The translations under genes were made by a program, and so were the position numbers. A stretch of 60,417 nucleotides of DNA, counting the filler, from Dehalococcoidia bacterium (GTDB lineage Bacteria > Chloroflexota > Dehalococcoidia > DSTF01 > RBG-16-68-14): assembly GCA_040882355.1 (NCBI GenBank). It is 3 parts of 2 records of this genome, joined end to end, with 100 filler letters (N's around TTAATTAATTAA, not from the genome) between each part and the next. Parts side by side here need not be neighbours in the genome. Positions count along the whole stretch, not along the records: positions 17,409 to 40,525 come from JBBEBM010000042.1; 2 more parts are not named here. One strand, 5' to 3'. The notes beneath the pieces are model-generated. The model made no database searches and was not told the DNA's origin. It was given only the letters and a program-made list of their open reading frames with translations. Position 1 is the stretch's first letter. Every line of letters begins with the position of its first letter. This document shows, one piece after another, positions 30,472 through 38,164 of this stretch.

Positions 30472-30947
30472 GCAGTCTTGTCGCCCTCGCGGCGCCACTC
30501 CACATCGTCTGTGAAGTCCGCTGGCATTACGATTGGCTCTTCTGCGGGGTTGATCCTGTTCCAGTGCTCGGCGTCGAATGTTAGCTGCACCACGTCGCCC
30601 ACGACTTGCTCTCGACGATTTACGAGGGACTTCAGCATAGGCGCTCTCGGAGCATCGTCGATATCTACCCAAAGGTAGAGTTGTTCGCCATGCACACCGC
30701 GCTTGTAAGGGAGGGCATGATTTGCTCGGTACGGCCTGCCAGTCTTGGAATCATGCCTAACCTCCTCACGCGCGGCTTGCGAAAACTGGGCTACCAAGAG
30801 ATCGAACGGGTCGGGCGGCGTCGGCAACTGCCAGCCAAGCTTAACGGCATATGCCGTGACCGCGTGCAGGTCGATTTCCGCCTCGCCGGTTTCAGATCGA
30901 TAGCGGCGCATCATCGCTTGCATTTGCCGGTTCTTTGAAATCCTCAT
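30468..30947 (-). CDS. Conserved-looking hypothetical protein downstream of the HTH-IrrE gene
   Basis: SD AAGGAG; 159 aa; co-oriented 14 bp after the HigA/IrrE gene. Confidence 0.75.
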   Translation of the reverse strand: MRISKNRQMQAMMRRYRSETGEAEIDLHAVTAYAVKLGWQLPTPPDPFDLLVAQFSQAAREEVRHDSKTGRPYRANHALPYKRGVHGEQLYLWVDIDDAPRAPMLKSLVNRREQVVGDVVQLTFDAEHWNRINPAEEPIVMPADFTDDVEWRREGDKTA

Positions 30948-30961
30948 CCCGTACTCCTTCG

Positions 30962-32107
30962 CTAGATTCCGACTGGCACTATGTCACCCCAGCCATCAAC
31001 AATCGCGCTCGGCCTGACCATGTCCCGAATCTTGACTAGATGGCTGCGAAAGCGTTCATAGCGACCTGTCTCGTGCTGCAATTGACCCGCAACGATTCCC
31101 GGATGCACTCGTAAGGTTCGGGCAAAGCCTAGAATGTCTCGTTCAGCAAAGAACGGTGCCTTGCGCGCGATGAACCGCTTCAATTGGTCCTCGGGTACGC
31201 AGAAGTCGGCGGCGGCGGCGTTTGCGGCTCGCTCTTGCTCGCCCAGTTCCATGCTCGTGCCAGCACGTTCGCCCTCTAGCTCGGCATCCAAGGTGGCTGC
31301 ACCTTGGCCGTGCCCGGCGAGGACATGCTCAAGCTCATGGCGAAGGACAAACCAGAAGTTGTCGATCCTGTCATAGCGTAATGACATCCCGATTACTGGC
31401 GAAGCCTCGTCGAGCCAGAGGCATGCTCCGTCGATCTTGGCGGTCGAGAGTGACTCGACTACTACAAAGCGAATGCCACTCTCAGCCAAAATGCGAGGAG
31501 CCTTCCGCGCTTCTTCCGGTGATAACAGTAAGTTGCTCAGCTTGGCGATGGCACCCCTTCCGGTGGTAGGAGAGTATCGACCGACGATCATTTCGGCGGC
31601 TATCTGCCTAACGCGATAGAGCCAAGCCAACTGTGCCGGCGTGACCTCAGGAGACACGTTTGTCTTCTTGGGCGCGTGGGGAAGTATCTCGATTGCCTCT
31701 AATGATGCCTCGCCAAAGAAGTCCGTCAGGGCAGCTTCAACGCTAGGAACATCGCGAATGTCACTCGCGTTCAGCCAGCCTCGCTGGATCATCTCGGAGA
31801 CTGGCAGGCCGCCAAACAGGTGAGCCCTCGTGCTTCGCCCAGGATCGGGGCGGCTGGCAAAGCGAGCCTGTGCGACATCCGACACCTTTTGAAGCTCTAG
31901 GAAGTCCTCAGCCGGGATGCCGAACAGCTCCTCAAGCTCTACTGCGAGAGGAGCTGTTATCGGACGCTTCCCGGCGATGAGCTTGTTGATGCTTGTTTCG
32001 TGTACGTCGAGCACGATGGCTAGCACCCGCTGTGTCCAGCCCTTCTCCTCTAACGCGGCGGCGATCAGTTGCCCTGGCGTTTTGTACTGGCCCGCGTCTA
32101 TACTCAT
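30962..32107 (-). CDS. HigA-like Xre HTH fused to an ImmA/IrrE (M78) metallopeptidase domain
   Basis: TPGQLI...LEEKGWTQ..LA..L HTH; IDGAC.W; RYDRIDNFWFVLRHELEH (HExxH); E..ANA.A. Confidence 0.9.
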   Translation of the reverse strand: MSIDAGQYKTPGQLIAAALEEKGWTQRVLAIVLDVHETSINKLIAGKRPITAPLAVELEELFGIPAEDFLELQKVSDVAQARFASRPDPGRSTRAHLFGGLPVSEMIQRGWLNASDIRDVPSVEAALTDFFGEASLEAIEILPHAPKKTNVSPEVTPAQLAWLYRVRQIAAEMIVGRYSPTTGRGAIAKLSNLLLSPEEARKAPRILAESGIRFVVVESLSTAKIDGACLWLDEASPVIGMSLRYDRIDNFWFVLRHELEHVLAGHGQGAATLDAELEGERAGTSMELGEQERAANAAAADFCVPEDQLKRFIARKAPFFAERDILGFARTLRVHPGIVAGQLQHETGRYERFRSHLVKIRDMVRPSAIVDGWGDIVPVGI

Positions 32108-32159
32108 GAGAGGTTTATACCACAACCTGCGCAAAATCGCAAACTGGCCTTGCTGGCTA

Positions 32160-32188
32160 TTGACAAGCATTGAGCGCTCAAGTATAAT
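32160..32188 (+). promoter_or_regulatory. Consensus sigma70 promoter of the transposase with a palindromic spacer
   Basis: TTGACA-N17-TATAAT; TTGAGCGCTCAA palindrome at 32170-32181; ATG 7 nt after the -10. Confidence 0.8.
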
Positions 32189-32195
32189 GGTCAGT

Positions 32196-33038
32196 ATGAA
32201 CAAGATGAGTCCAGAGCGTCGGGCACAGGTTATACGGGCGCTGGTCGAGGGCAACTCGATCCGTGCTACCTGTCGCATGACCGGCGCGGCTAAGGGCACC
32301 GTCCTAAAGCTCCTGGCCGACATAGGCGAGGTCTGCGCTCAGTACCACCATGAGAACGTGCGCGGGTTCACGTCCGAGCGCATCCAGTGTGACGAGATAT
32401 GGGCGTTCGTCTACTCGAAGGCGAAGAACGTGCCGAGCGAGTACGCGGGCGTGGGCGACGTGTGGACGTGGGTAGGCATCGACGCCGACACTAAGCTAGT
32501 CGCCTCGTGGATGGTGGGCGGACGTGACGCTCGCTCGGCCAAGGTGTTCATGGACGATCTGTCGCGCCGTCTCGCGCACCGCGTCCAGCTAACGACAGAC
32601 GGCCACGCGGCCTACCTCACGGCGGTCAAGGAAATCTTCGAGGATGAGATCGACTACGCCATGCTGGTCAAGCTGTACGGCGCAGACGCTGAGCAAGAGA
32701 AGCGCTACAGCCCGGCGACGTGTACCGGAGCCGTGCCCAAGACGATCACCGGTAACCCTGACCCGAAGCACGTCTCAACATCCTACGTCGAGCGTCAGAA
32801 CCTCACCATGCGGATGAGCATGCGCCGGTTCACGCGGCTGACCAACGCCTTCTCCAAGAAGCTGGCGAACCTCGAAGCGGCGCTCGCACTGCACTACGTC
32901 TACTACAACTTCTGCCGTAAGCATCAGACGCTTGGCACCACGCCAGCGGTCGAAGCGGGCATCGCTGGCCACGAGTGGACGGTCGATGAGATCGTGGCGC
33001 TGCTGGAAGCGCGGGAAATTTCACGTGACGCAAACTGA
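32196..33038 (+). CDS. IS1-family DDE transposase (single ORF)
   Basis: N-terminal HTH LVEGNSIRATCRMTG; IQCDEIWAFV, QLTTDG and STSYVERQNLTMR; RFTRLTNAFSKK. Confidence 0.92.
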   Translation: MNKMSPERRAQVIRALVEGNSIRATCRMTGAAKGTVLKLLADIGEVCAQYHHENVRGFTSERIQCDEIWAFVYSKAKNVPSEYAGVGDVWTWVGIDADTKLVASWMVGGRDARSAKVFMDDLSRRLAHRVQLTTDGHAAYLTAVKEIFEDEIDYAMLVKLYGADAEQEKRYSPATCTGAVPKTITGNPDPKHVSTSYVERQNLTMRMSMRRFTRLTNAFSKKLANLEAALALHYVYYNFCRKHQTLGTTPAVEAGIAGHEWTVDEIVALLEAREISRDAN

Positions 33039-33091
33039 CCCACTACCCGCTGGTCGCTGGTGGCTAGTCGCTGGTACCCTCTTCGCCCTGG

Positions 33092-33721
33092 TCAGTGCGT
33101 GCTCAGTTGAGCTAGCAAGCGGCCGATCCGGCCCTCGCCCCGCTCCAGCGACTCCATGGCCGACCGGTCCAGCGAGTAGACGTACATGTCCCAGTACTGA
33201 TCTCGCCATCAGGTGAACTCTTTGAAGCAGCCCTCCTTCACGAAGCCCGAGGCCTCCAGCAGATGAACGACCCGACTGTTGTAGGCATAGGTCTGGCAGT
33301 AGACCTTGCGCAAGGGATAGCTGGCGAACAGGTGACTGACGAAGCGGTAGATGGCGACCAGGCCGCTGCGGAGCCGCGAACCGGCTGGCAGGTAGACCTC
33401 AAACTCAGCGACGCCGTGAAGCTCTCTGACCTTGCCATCGAGAAAGCCGCAGGGCTCGCCGGTCGCCAGGCTCCGAATCACGGTAAACAGACCAACGCGG
33501 CAGCGATCGCGGATGTCCGCCTCGAGGTCCGCGTACGGGCGGGGCAGCCGGCGGGTTGTCCAGAAGTGCAGCTCGTCGATGTTGTTGAACCACGCGCACA
33601 GGGCGGGCAGGTCATCGTCTCTGAGGCCGTCGAGCACGACATCCGGGTGTTCAGTCACGCCATCGGTGATCGCCTGGCTCGCGCGCCCGTCGGCCGTCAG
33701 CGGCGGCATTGCTTCATTCAT
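33092..33721 (-). pseudogene. RimJ/RimL-type GNAT acetyltransferase with in-frame TGA at 33209-33211
   Basis: After ..GFVKEGCFKEFT* the same frame continues WRDQYWDMYVYSL..., the expected RimL C-terminal strand, for 38 codons to a TGA at 33092. Confidence 0.75.
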
Positions 33722-34331
33722 GTGCTGCCGCCGCTCTATCGCTTTTGCGCTGCGCCAGCGCGATATCGAGCGATGTGATCAGGTGACGCCGCGTTTGGCT
33801 CCAGGCCGTTTCGCTGATGCTGAAGAACAGCAGGTCAGCATAGGCGGAGCCATAGCGCAAATACTCCGGCAGCCGCACCGCTTCTTCGAAGCCGGCCTTC
33901 TCCAGCCGCGAGATGAGGAGCCGGTTGGGAGACGGCGTCTCGCAGTAGAGCCGGCGCAGGTTGAACTGTGTGAAGGCGTAGTCCAGGAAGAGAAGAAAGG
34001 CTTCCATGAGCGCTGCGCCGTCCATGTCGGGCGAGAGGCGGAACTCCGCGTAGCTGCGGCGATCGCGAGGCTCGATTCTGAACAGGCGCATAAGCCCTGT
34101 GAAGGCGCCGTCATGACCTTCCACGACGAAGGCAGGGCCGCTGTTGAGCAGATCGGCCAACTCGGTCATCTCCCAGCGTTCAAAGGAGGGGATGGCGACA
34201 GGCTGCGCATGGTGCTGCGCGAATTGCGGCGCTATTCTTTGGGCGAACAGCAGCGGGTGGTCGCTCCGCACCACGGGGCGGAGCCTAACGAACTGGCCCG
34301 CGAAGGCGGCTGGCAGGAGGTTCTTCGCCAA
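33714..34331 (-). CDS. RimJ/RimL-type GNAT acetyltransferase
   Basis: VRLRPV, LDYAFTQFNLRRLYCE and LEKAGFEEAVRLPEY..YG..YADL. The start codon is uncertain. Confidence 0.8.
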   Translation of the reverse strand: MAKNLLPAAFAGQFVRLRPVVRSDHPLLFAQRIAPQFAQHHAQPVAIPSFERWEMTELADLLNSGPAFVVEGHDGAFTGLMRLFRIEPRDRRSYAEFRLSPDMDGAALMEAFLLFLDYAFTQFNLRRLYCETPSPNRLLISRLEKAGFEEAVRLPEYLRYGSAYADLLFFSISETAWSQTRRHLITSLDIALAQRKSDRAAAAHE

Positions 34332-34384
34332 GACGTTGAAGCTAGTCTATTTCACCGGCGTCGCTGAGCGAGCTTTATCCCTAC

Positions 34385-34474
34385 TCAGGGACAATTGTCG
34401 CCAGCCCAGCGGTAGCAGCTTCCGAGGGCCGCCCTTGTACTGGCCGGTGTTGGCGTCAACCAGAGCGACGAAGT
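34385..34474 (-). pseudogene. Orphan, frameshifted 3'-end cassette of the upstream paralog family
   Basis: HFVALVDANTGQYKGG/(+1 nt)LGSCYRWAGDNCP*, versus FFVALIDADTGDYLTGIGACYNSAGDSCP*. Confidence 0.75.
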
Positions 34475-34501
34475 GCCCGACGTCAATGGAACGGCCATCA
34501 T

Positions 34502-34972
34502 TCAGGGACAACTGTCTCCAGCCGAGTTGTAGCAGGCCCCGATCCCGGTCAGGTAATCGCCCGTGTCCGCGTCGATCAGCGCGACAAAGAACCTGTGGTG
34601 GGGAATCTCGCTCACATCCATGCTGAAGATCCAGGCGTTGCAACCGCTGGGGCACTCATACCAACCTGACTCGACGCGAGCGAGCTTCGCCTCGCGAACC
34701 CCATCGAAGGGCGCCTCCTCCTCAACAACCCGCTCGGCTTCTTCGCGGCTGAGCGACACGGCGTCAGTGGCGAGCGCCGTCAGCTCCAGGTCGCCGAAGT
34801 CCTCGGCAAGGAGCGTATCCAGCGACGGGCCTGACGTCGGAGCCTCGTCCTCGATCGTTGCGGGCGGTGAGAGCTGCGCGCTGAGCACGAACCACAGACC
34901 GAGGGCGGCAGCGACTCCTAGGGCGAGCGCTCCCAGGGCCCGGAAGCGGCGGCGTTCTAGCAGTTGTCTCAT
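34502..34972 (-). CDS. Membrane-anchored Cys-containing protein, tandem paralog B (PepSY-like DA.TG motif)
   Basis: 156 aa with N-terminal TM, CPSGC and CY.....CP; colinear with 35005-35475. Confidence 0.8.
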   Translation of the reverse strand: MRQLLERRRFRALGALALGVAAALGLWFVLSAQLSPPATIEDEAPTSGPSLDTLLAEDFGDLELTALATDAVSLSREEAERVVEEEAPFDGVREAKLARVESGWYECPSGCNAWIFSMDVSEIPHHRFFVALIDADTGDYLTGIGACYNSAGDSCP

Positions 34973-35004
34973 GGCTTCCTCCTAGCGCCGAAGCGCTTGG
35001 TCAG

Positions 35005-35475
35005 TCAGGGACAGCTGGAGCCGGCCCAGTTGTAGCAAGCGCCGATTCCCTGGAGGTATTCCCCCGTGTCTGCGTCGACCAGCGCGACGAAGAACCTGTG
35101 GTGGGGCATCTCGCTCACATCCATGCTGAAGATCCAGGCGTTGCAGCCGCCGGGGCACTCATACCAACCCGACTCGACGCGAGCGAGCTTCGCCTCGCCG
35201 ACCTTGTGAAACATCGCCTCCTTCTCAACGACCCGCTGGGCGTCTACGCGGCTGAGCGACACAGCATCGGCGGCGAGCGCCGTCAGCTCCAGGTCGCCCA
35301 TGTCCTCGGCAAGGATCGTGTCCAGCGACGGGCCTGACGCCGGAGCCTCGTCCTCGATCGTTGCGGGCGGTGAGAGCTGCGCGCTGAGCACGAACCACAG
35401 ACCGAGGGCGGCAGCGACTCCTAGGGCGAGCGCTCCCAGGGCCCGGAAGCGGCGGCGTTTCAGCGGTTGTCTCAT
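35005..35475 (-). CDS. Membrane-anchored Cys-containing protein, tandem paralog A
   Basis: 156 aa; near-identical N-half to paralog B, more divergent at the C-terminus. Confidence 0.8.
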   Translation of the reverse strand: MRQPLKRRRFRALGALALGVAAALGLWFVLSAQLSPPATIEDEAPASGPSLDTILAEDMGDLELTALAADAVSLSRVDAQRVVEKEAMFHKVGEAKLARVESGWYECPGGCNAWIFSMDVSEMPHHRFFVALVDADTGEYLQGIGACYNWAGSSCP

Positions 35476-35484
35476 AGTTTCCCC

Positions 35485-35640
35485 CTAGGAAGGGCCTGGA
35501 GATGCCCGAGCAGTGGCGCGGCCGCGAGGCCGACGGCAAGGCCAGCCGCCGGGAGGGCATGGCGCAGCCTGGGTCTTGGCCTTCCGCGCGAGGAAGCTGG
35601 GGACTTTCCGTGTCCTGCGTGCTCGCCGTGCAGCCTTCAT
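35485..35640 (-). pseudogene. Possible 5' remnant of a lost secreted-protein gene
   Basis: SD GGAGG and ATG at 35640, basic N-region. A shifted frame reads RLRHALPAAGLAVGLAAAPLLGHLQA (signal-peptide-like) and then ends. Confidence 0.35.
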
Positions 35641-35683
35641 TGCGCCCTCCAGACCTATCGCCTTCCAGATCTAGCTCGCGCCC

Positions 35684-35712
35684 ACCATAAGGCACATCGC
35701 CGCGCTTGTCAA
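35684..35712 (-). promoter_or_regulatory. sigma70-type promoter for the paralog/GNAT cassette
   Basis: Minus strand reads TTGACA-N17-TATGGT. Confidence 0.6.
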
Positions 35713-35914
35713 CGGGTATCAGGGCCGGCATCCGGTGTGGCCCAGCAGGCCGGCTTGTTCCCACCCAGCGCGAAGGGGCAATTGGCACGCGGCGCGGTCT
35801 TGGGGCGGAGTGGGGTAATCAGATAACGCAAGATTCTTCGCTGCGCTCAGAATGACAAGGGGACGGTCAGCTTGCGTCTGGCCCGCTACGAGGTTCTGCT
35901 ACAATCGTGTCGCC

Positions 35915-36733
35915 ATGGCGCAGCGGGATTTCGATGAGCAGTTGGAGATCGCGGCGCAGATCGTGGCGGAGTCGTCGTATCTGATAGCGCTGGTGGGCGC
36001 GGGGATGTCGAAGGAGTCGGGCATTCCGACGTTCCGCGGCGGCGATGGGTTGTGGGACAAGCACGGCGAGCCGCCGATGAACGACTACCAGCGCTTCCTC
36101 GAAGACCCGGCGAACTGGTGGGCCGAGCGGCTGGCGCAGCAGGCATCGCGGGGAGACTTCGCCCAGGCGCTCGACGAGGCGAAGCCGAACGCGGGCCACG
36201 TCGCGATGGCGGAGATGGAGCGCGCGGGCCTGCTGAAGCACATCATCACTCAGAACATCGACAACCTCCACCAGGAAGCGGGCTCGATCGCGATAACTGA
36301 GATCCACGGCAACCGGACGAAGATGCGCTGCATCGGCTGCGGGCGGCGCTGGCCGCGCGACGAGTTCGTCTCGAATGAGGTACCGCCGCGGTGCCCCGAC
36401 TGCCAGGGCCTGGTGAAGAACGACACCGTGATGTTCGGCGAGCCGATCCCGCAGGACGCCTTGCAGTCGTGCTTCGAGCACGCCGAACGCGCCGACGCGG
36501 TGCTGCTCGTCGGCACGTCAGCCGTCGTCTACCCGGCAGCGGAGTTCCCGTTGATCGCGTATCGAAGGGGCGCGCGCCTGATCGAGGTGAACCCGCAGGA
36601 GACGCCGCTGAGCGACGTCTGCTCCGCCCTGCTGCGCGCGCCCTCCGGCGAGGCGCTGCCCCGCCTGATCGACCGCGCGCGGGAGATCGTGCGACCCTCA
36701 CCCCCGGCCCCTCTCCCGCAGGGAGAGGGGTGA
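35915..36733 (+). CDS. cobB: Sirtuin, NAD-dependent protein deacylase
   Basis: GAGMSKESGIPTFRG, ITQNIDNLH, EIHGN, two CxxC, VMFGE and VGTSAVVYPAA. Confidence 0.95.
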   Translation: MAQRDFDEQLEIAAQIVAESSYLIALVGAGMSKESGIPTFRGGDGLWDKHGEPPMNDYQRFLEDPANWWAERLAQQASRGDFAQALDEAKPNAGHVAMAEMERAGLLKHIITQNIDNLHQEAGSIAITEIHGNRTKMRCIGCGRRWPRDEFVSNEVPPRCPDCQGLVKNDTVMFGEPIPQDALQSCFEHAERADAVLLVGTSAVVYPAAEFPLIAYRRGARLIEVNPQETPLSDVCSALLRAPSGEALPRLIDRAREIVRPSPPAPLPQGEG

Positions 36734-36762
36734 CCCGGCTCTAGGCGGGGTCGCGGTGAGGG
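36695..36762. repeat. CCCTCACC..CCCCTCTCCC..GGGAGAGGGG..GGTGAGGG palindromic element overlapping the cobB 3' end
   Basis: Same family as 22147-22190, 22281-22330 and 44961-44980. Confidence 0.65.
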
Positions 36763-36818
36763 CGGTGAGGCGCTCCCCCGCCTGCTCGAACGCGCGCGGG
36801 AGCTGGCGAAGACGTAGG

Positions 36819-38102
36819 TTAGGGACCCAGCTTTGGCGGGCCGGTCTCGCCCTTCGACCCACGCTTCAGCTCTTCACGAGCGACCTGAACGAGAGCTGGC
36901 ACTTGGCGCCGCTCCACGATGAGCCAGCCCATTGCGAGCACCACGTAGAGCACGCCGAACGCCCAGCGCACCGTCGGGTCGGGAAAGAAGAGCTGGCCGA
37001 TGAAGAGCAGGAACATGAGCGTCGCCTCCCTCGCGTTGAGGCTCAGGCTCATCAGGATCGCCACCGCGAAGAGCGACTGTCCGGCCGTGAGGAAGACCTC
37101 CTCCACCTGGCGGCTGTCCATGGGTAGCGGCGCGAGCGACTGGTCCGAAATCGCGTAGGCGAGCGGCAGCGAGCCCACCAGCAGCGTCCACTGATTCACC
37201 TTCGATGAGATTAACAGCGTCATCCCCGCGATCGCCCGGCCGCGCAGCGCGAGCAGCGCCGCAAGGATGAACTCCGGCGCCTCCGAGGCGAGCGGCGCCA
37301 CCCACTGCACCAGGATGAACTCATCGATGCCGAGCGACTCGCCCGAGTCAACGAGGGCAGTGGCGAACGGCTCCGCCGAGGCGAACACGGCCCCGGCCGA
37401 GAAGGCGAACAAGCCGATGATGGCGATCCACTTTCCGCGGTGTGACAGCGCATCGATCGCCTGGGCCGGGCCGACGAGCTCCGCCTCCTCCCGTGGCGGC
37501 GCCCGCGACGAGAGAACCAGGTACGCCACGAACATGCTGATGAGAACCACGCTGTCGATCAACGAGAGGTGCCCGCGCAATGGGATCGAGAAGCTGTAGA
37601 TTGTCGCCACGCCGAGGAAGATCAGCCCGATCGAGCTCTCCTCGCCAACGTGCAACTCCCGCTTTCGCTCCCGCATCCAGAAGATGAAGAAGATGAGCGG
37701 CCAGGCGAAGCCGACAAGCAGCCGATTCGCGCCGGTCATGTTCGCCAGCGCGAAACCCGCGTTCTCCGGATTGCCGGGCGCGGTCCAGGCAAAGTAGAGG
37801 TCGACGGCGTACTCCGGCAGCACCGCGATGATCGCGAGGATCGCCAGCGCCAGCGTCGCCGAGACGAGCTGCTCGGCCACCTCGCTCGCCCAGACCAGGA
37901 TCGTCGCCGCCCCCAGGATCGAGACACCGAAGATCAGCGCCTCGACCTCGCTCGCCATGTGCGGGTGCGGCGCCCCGGTGAGTTCGAGCGTGTGTAACAC
38001 CGGGCCGGGCAGCGCCACCAGCATCGCGAGAGCGATCTGAAGCCACTCACGGCTGTGAGCGCGCATCGAGGCGAGGGCGGAGACCTCCTCTGTTCGAGAC
38101 AT
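36819..38102 (-). CDS. Ca2+/cation antiporter (CaCA, Na+/Ca2+ exchanger family)
   Basis: Alpha-repeats AVLPEYAVD..ANMTGANRLL and PLASEAPEF..SSKVNQWTLL. Confidence 0.9.
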   Translation of the reverse strand: MSRTEEVSALASMRAHSREWLQIALAMLVALPGPVLHTLELTGAPHPHMASEVEALIFGVSILGAATILVWASEVAEQLVSATLALAILAIIAVLPEYAVDLYFAWTAPGNPENAGFALANMTGANRLLVGFAWPLIFFIFWMRERKRELHVGEESSIGLIFLGVATIYSFSIPLRGHLSLIDSVVLISMFVAYLVLSSRAPPREEAELVGPAQAIDALSHRGKWIAIIGLFAFSAGAVFASAEPFATALVDSGESLGIDEFILVQWVAPLASEAPEFILAALLALRGRAIAGMTLLISSKVNQWTLLVGSLPLAYAISDQSLAPLPMDSRQVEEVFLTAGQSLFAVAILMSLSLNAREATLMFLLFIGQLFFPDPTVRWAFGVLYVVLAMGWLIVERRQVPALVQVAREELKRGSKGETGPPKLGP

Positions 38103-38164
38103 CGGTACAGCGTAGCAGAGGGTCGATCTTCAGCATACGCGAGACCGACGCAGGGTGCGGGACG

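Larger units (their letters stand above)
29699..33047. mobile_element. IS1-family element with passenger genes (3349 bp)
   Basis: Perfect 17-bp terminal inverted repeats GGTAGTGGGTCAGTTTG (29699-29715) and CAAACTGACCCACTACC (33031-33047). The DDE transposase stop lies inside the right repeat. Four cargo ORFs. Confidence 0.9.

Noticed and set aside
30962..33038. Apparent head-to-head overlap of the HTH-IrrE (to 32323) and transposase (from 31917) ORFs
   Set aside because: Longest-ORF extension; domain starts and promoters give 32107 and 32196 with an 88-bp gap.
33209..33211. Selenocysteine or genetic-code reassignment of TGA
   Set aside because: The position corresponds to an aromatic, non-redox residue; no evident SECIS hairpin; TGA is a normal stop in many neighbouring genes.
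34385..35475. Diversity-generating retroelement (template/variable repeats); also considered for 22083-22421
   Set aside because: Differences between copies are mostly third-position and not adenine-specific, and there is no reverse transcriptase in the window.
35832..35856. GATTCTTCGCTGCGCTCAGAATGAC as an island boundary or att site
   Set aside because: Looks like half of a common palindromic repeat family, but there is a single copy in the window and no matching partner at the other island end.
35915..36733. Sir2 as an anti-phage effector (Thoeris/DSR type) beside the island
   Set aside because: Canonical stand-alone Zn-ribbon CobB-type deacylase with host-like codon usage.
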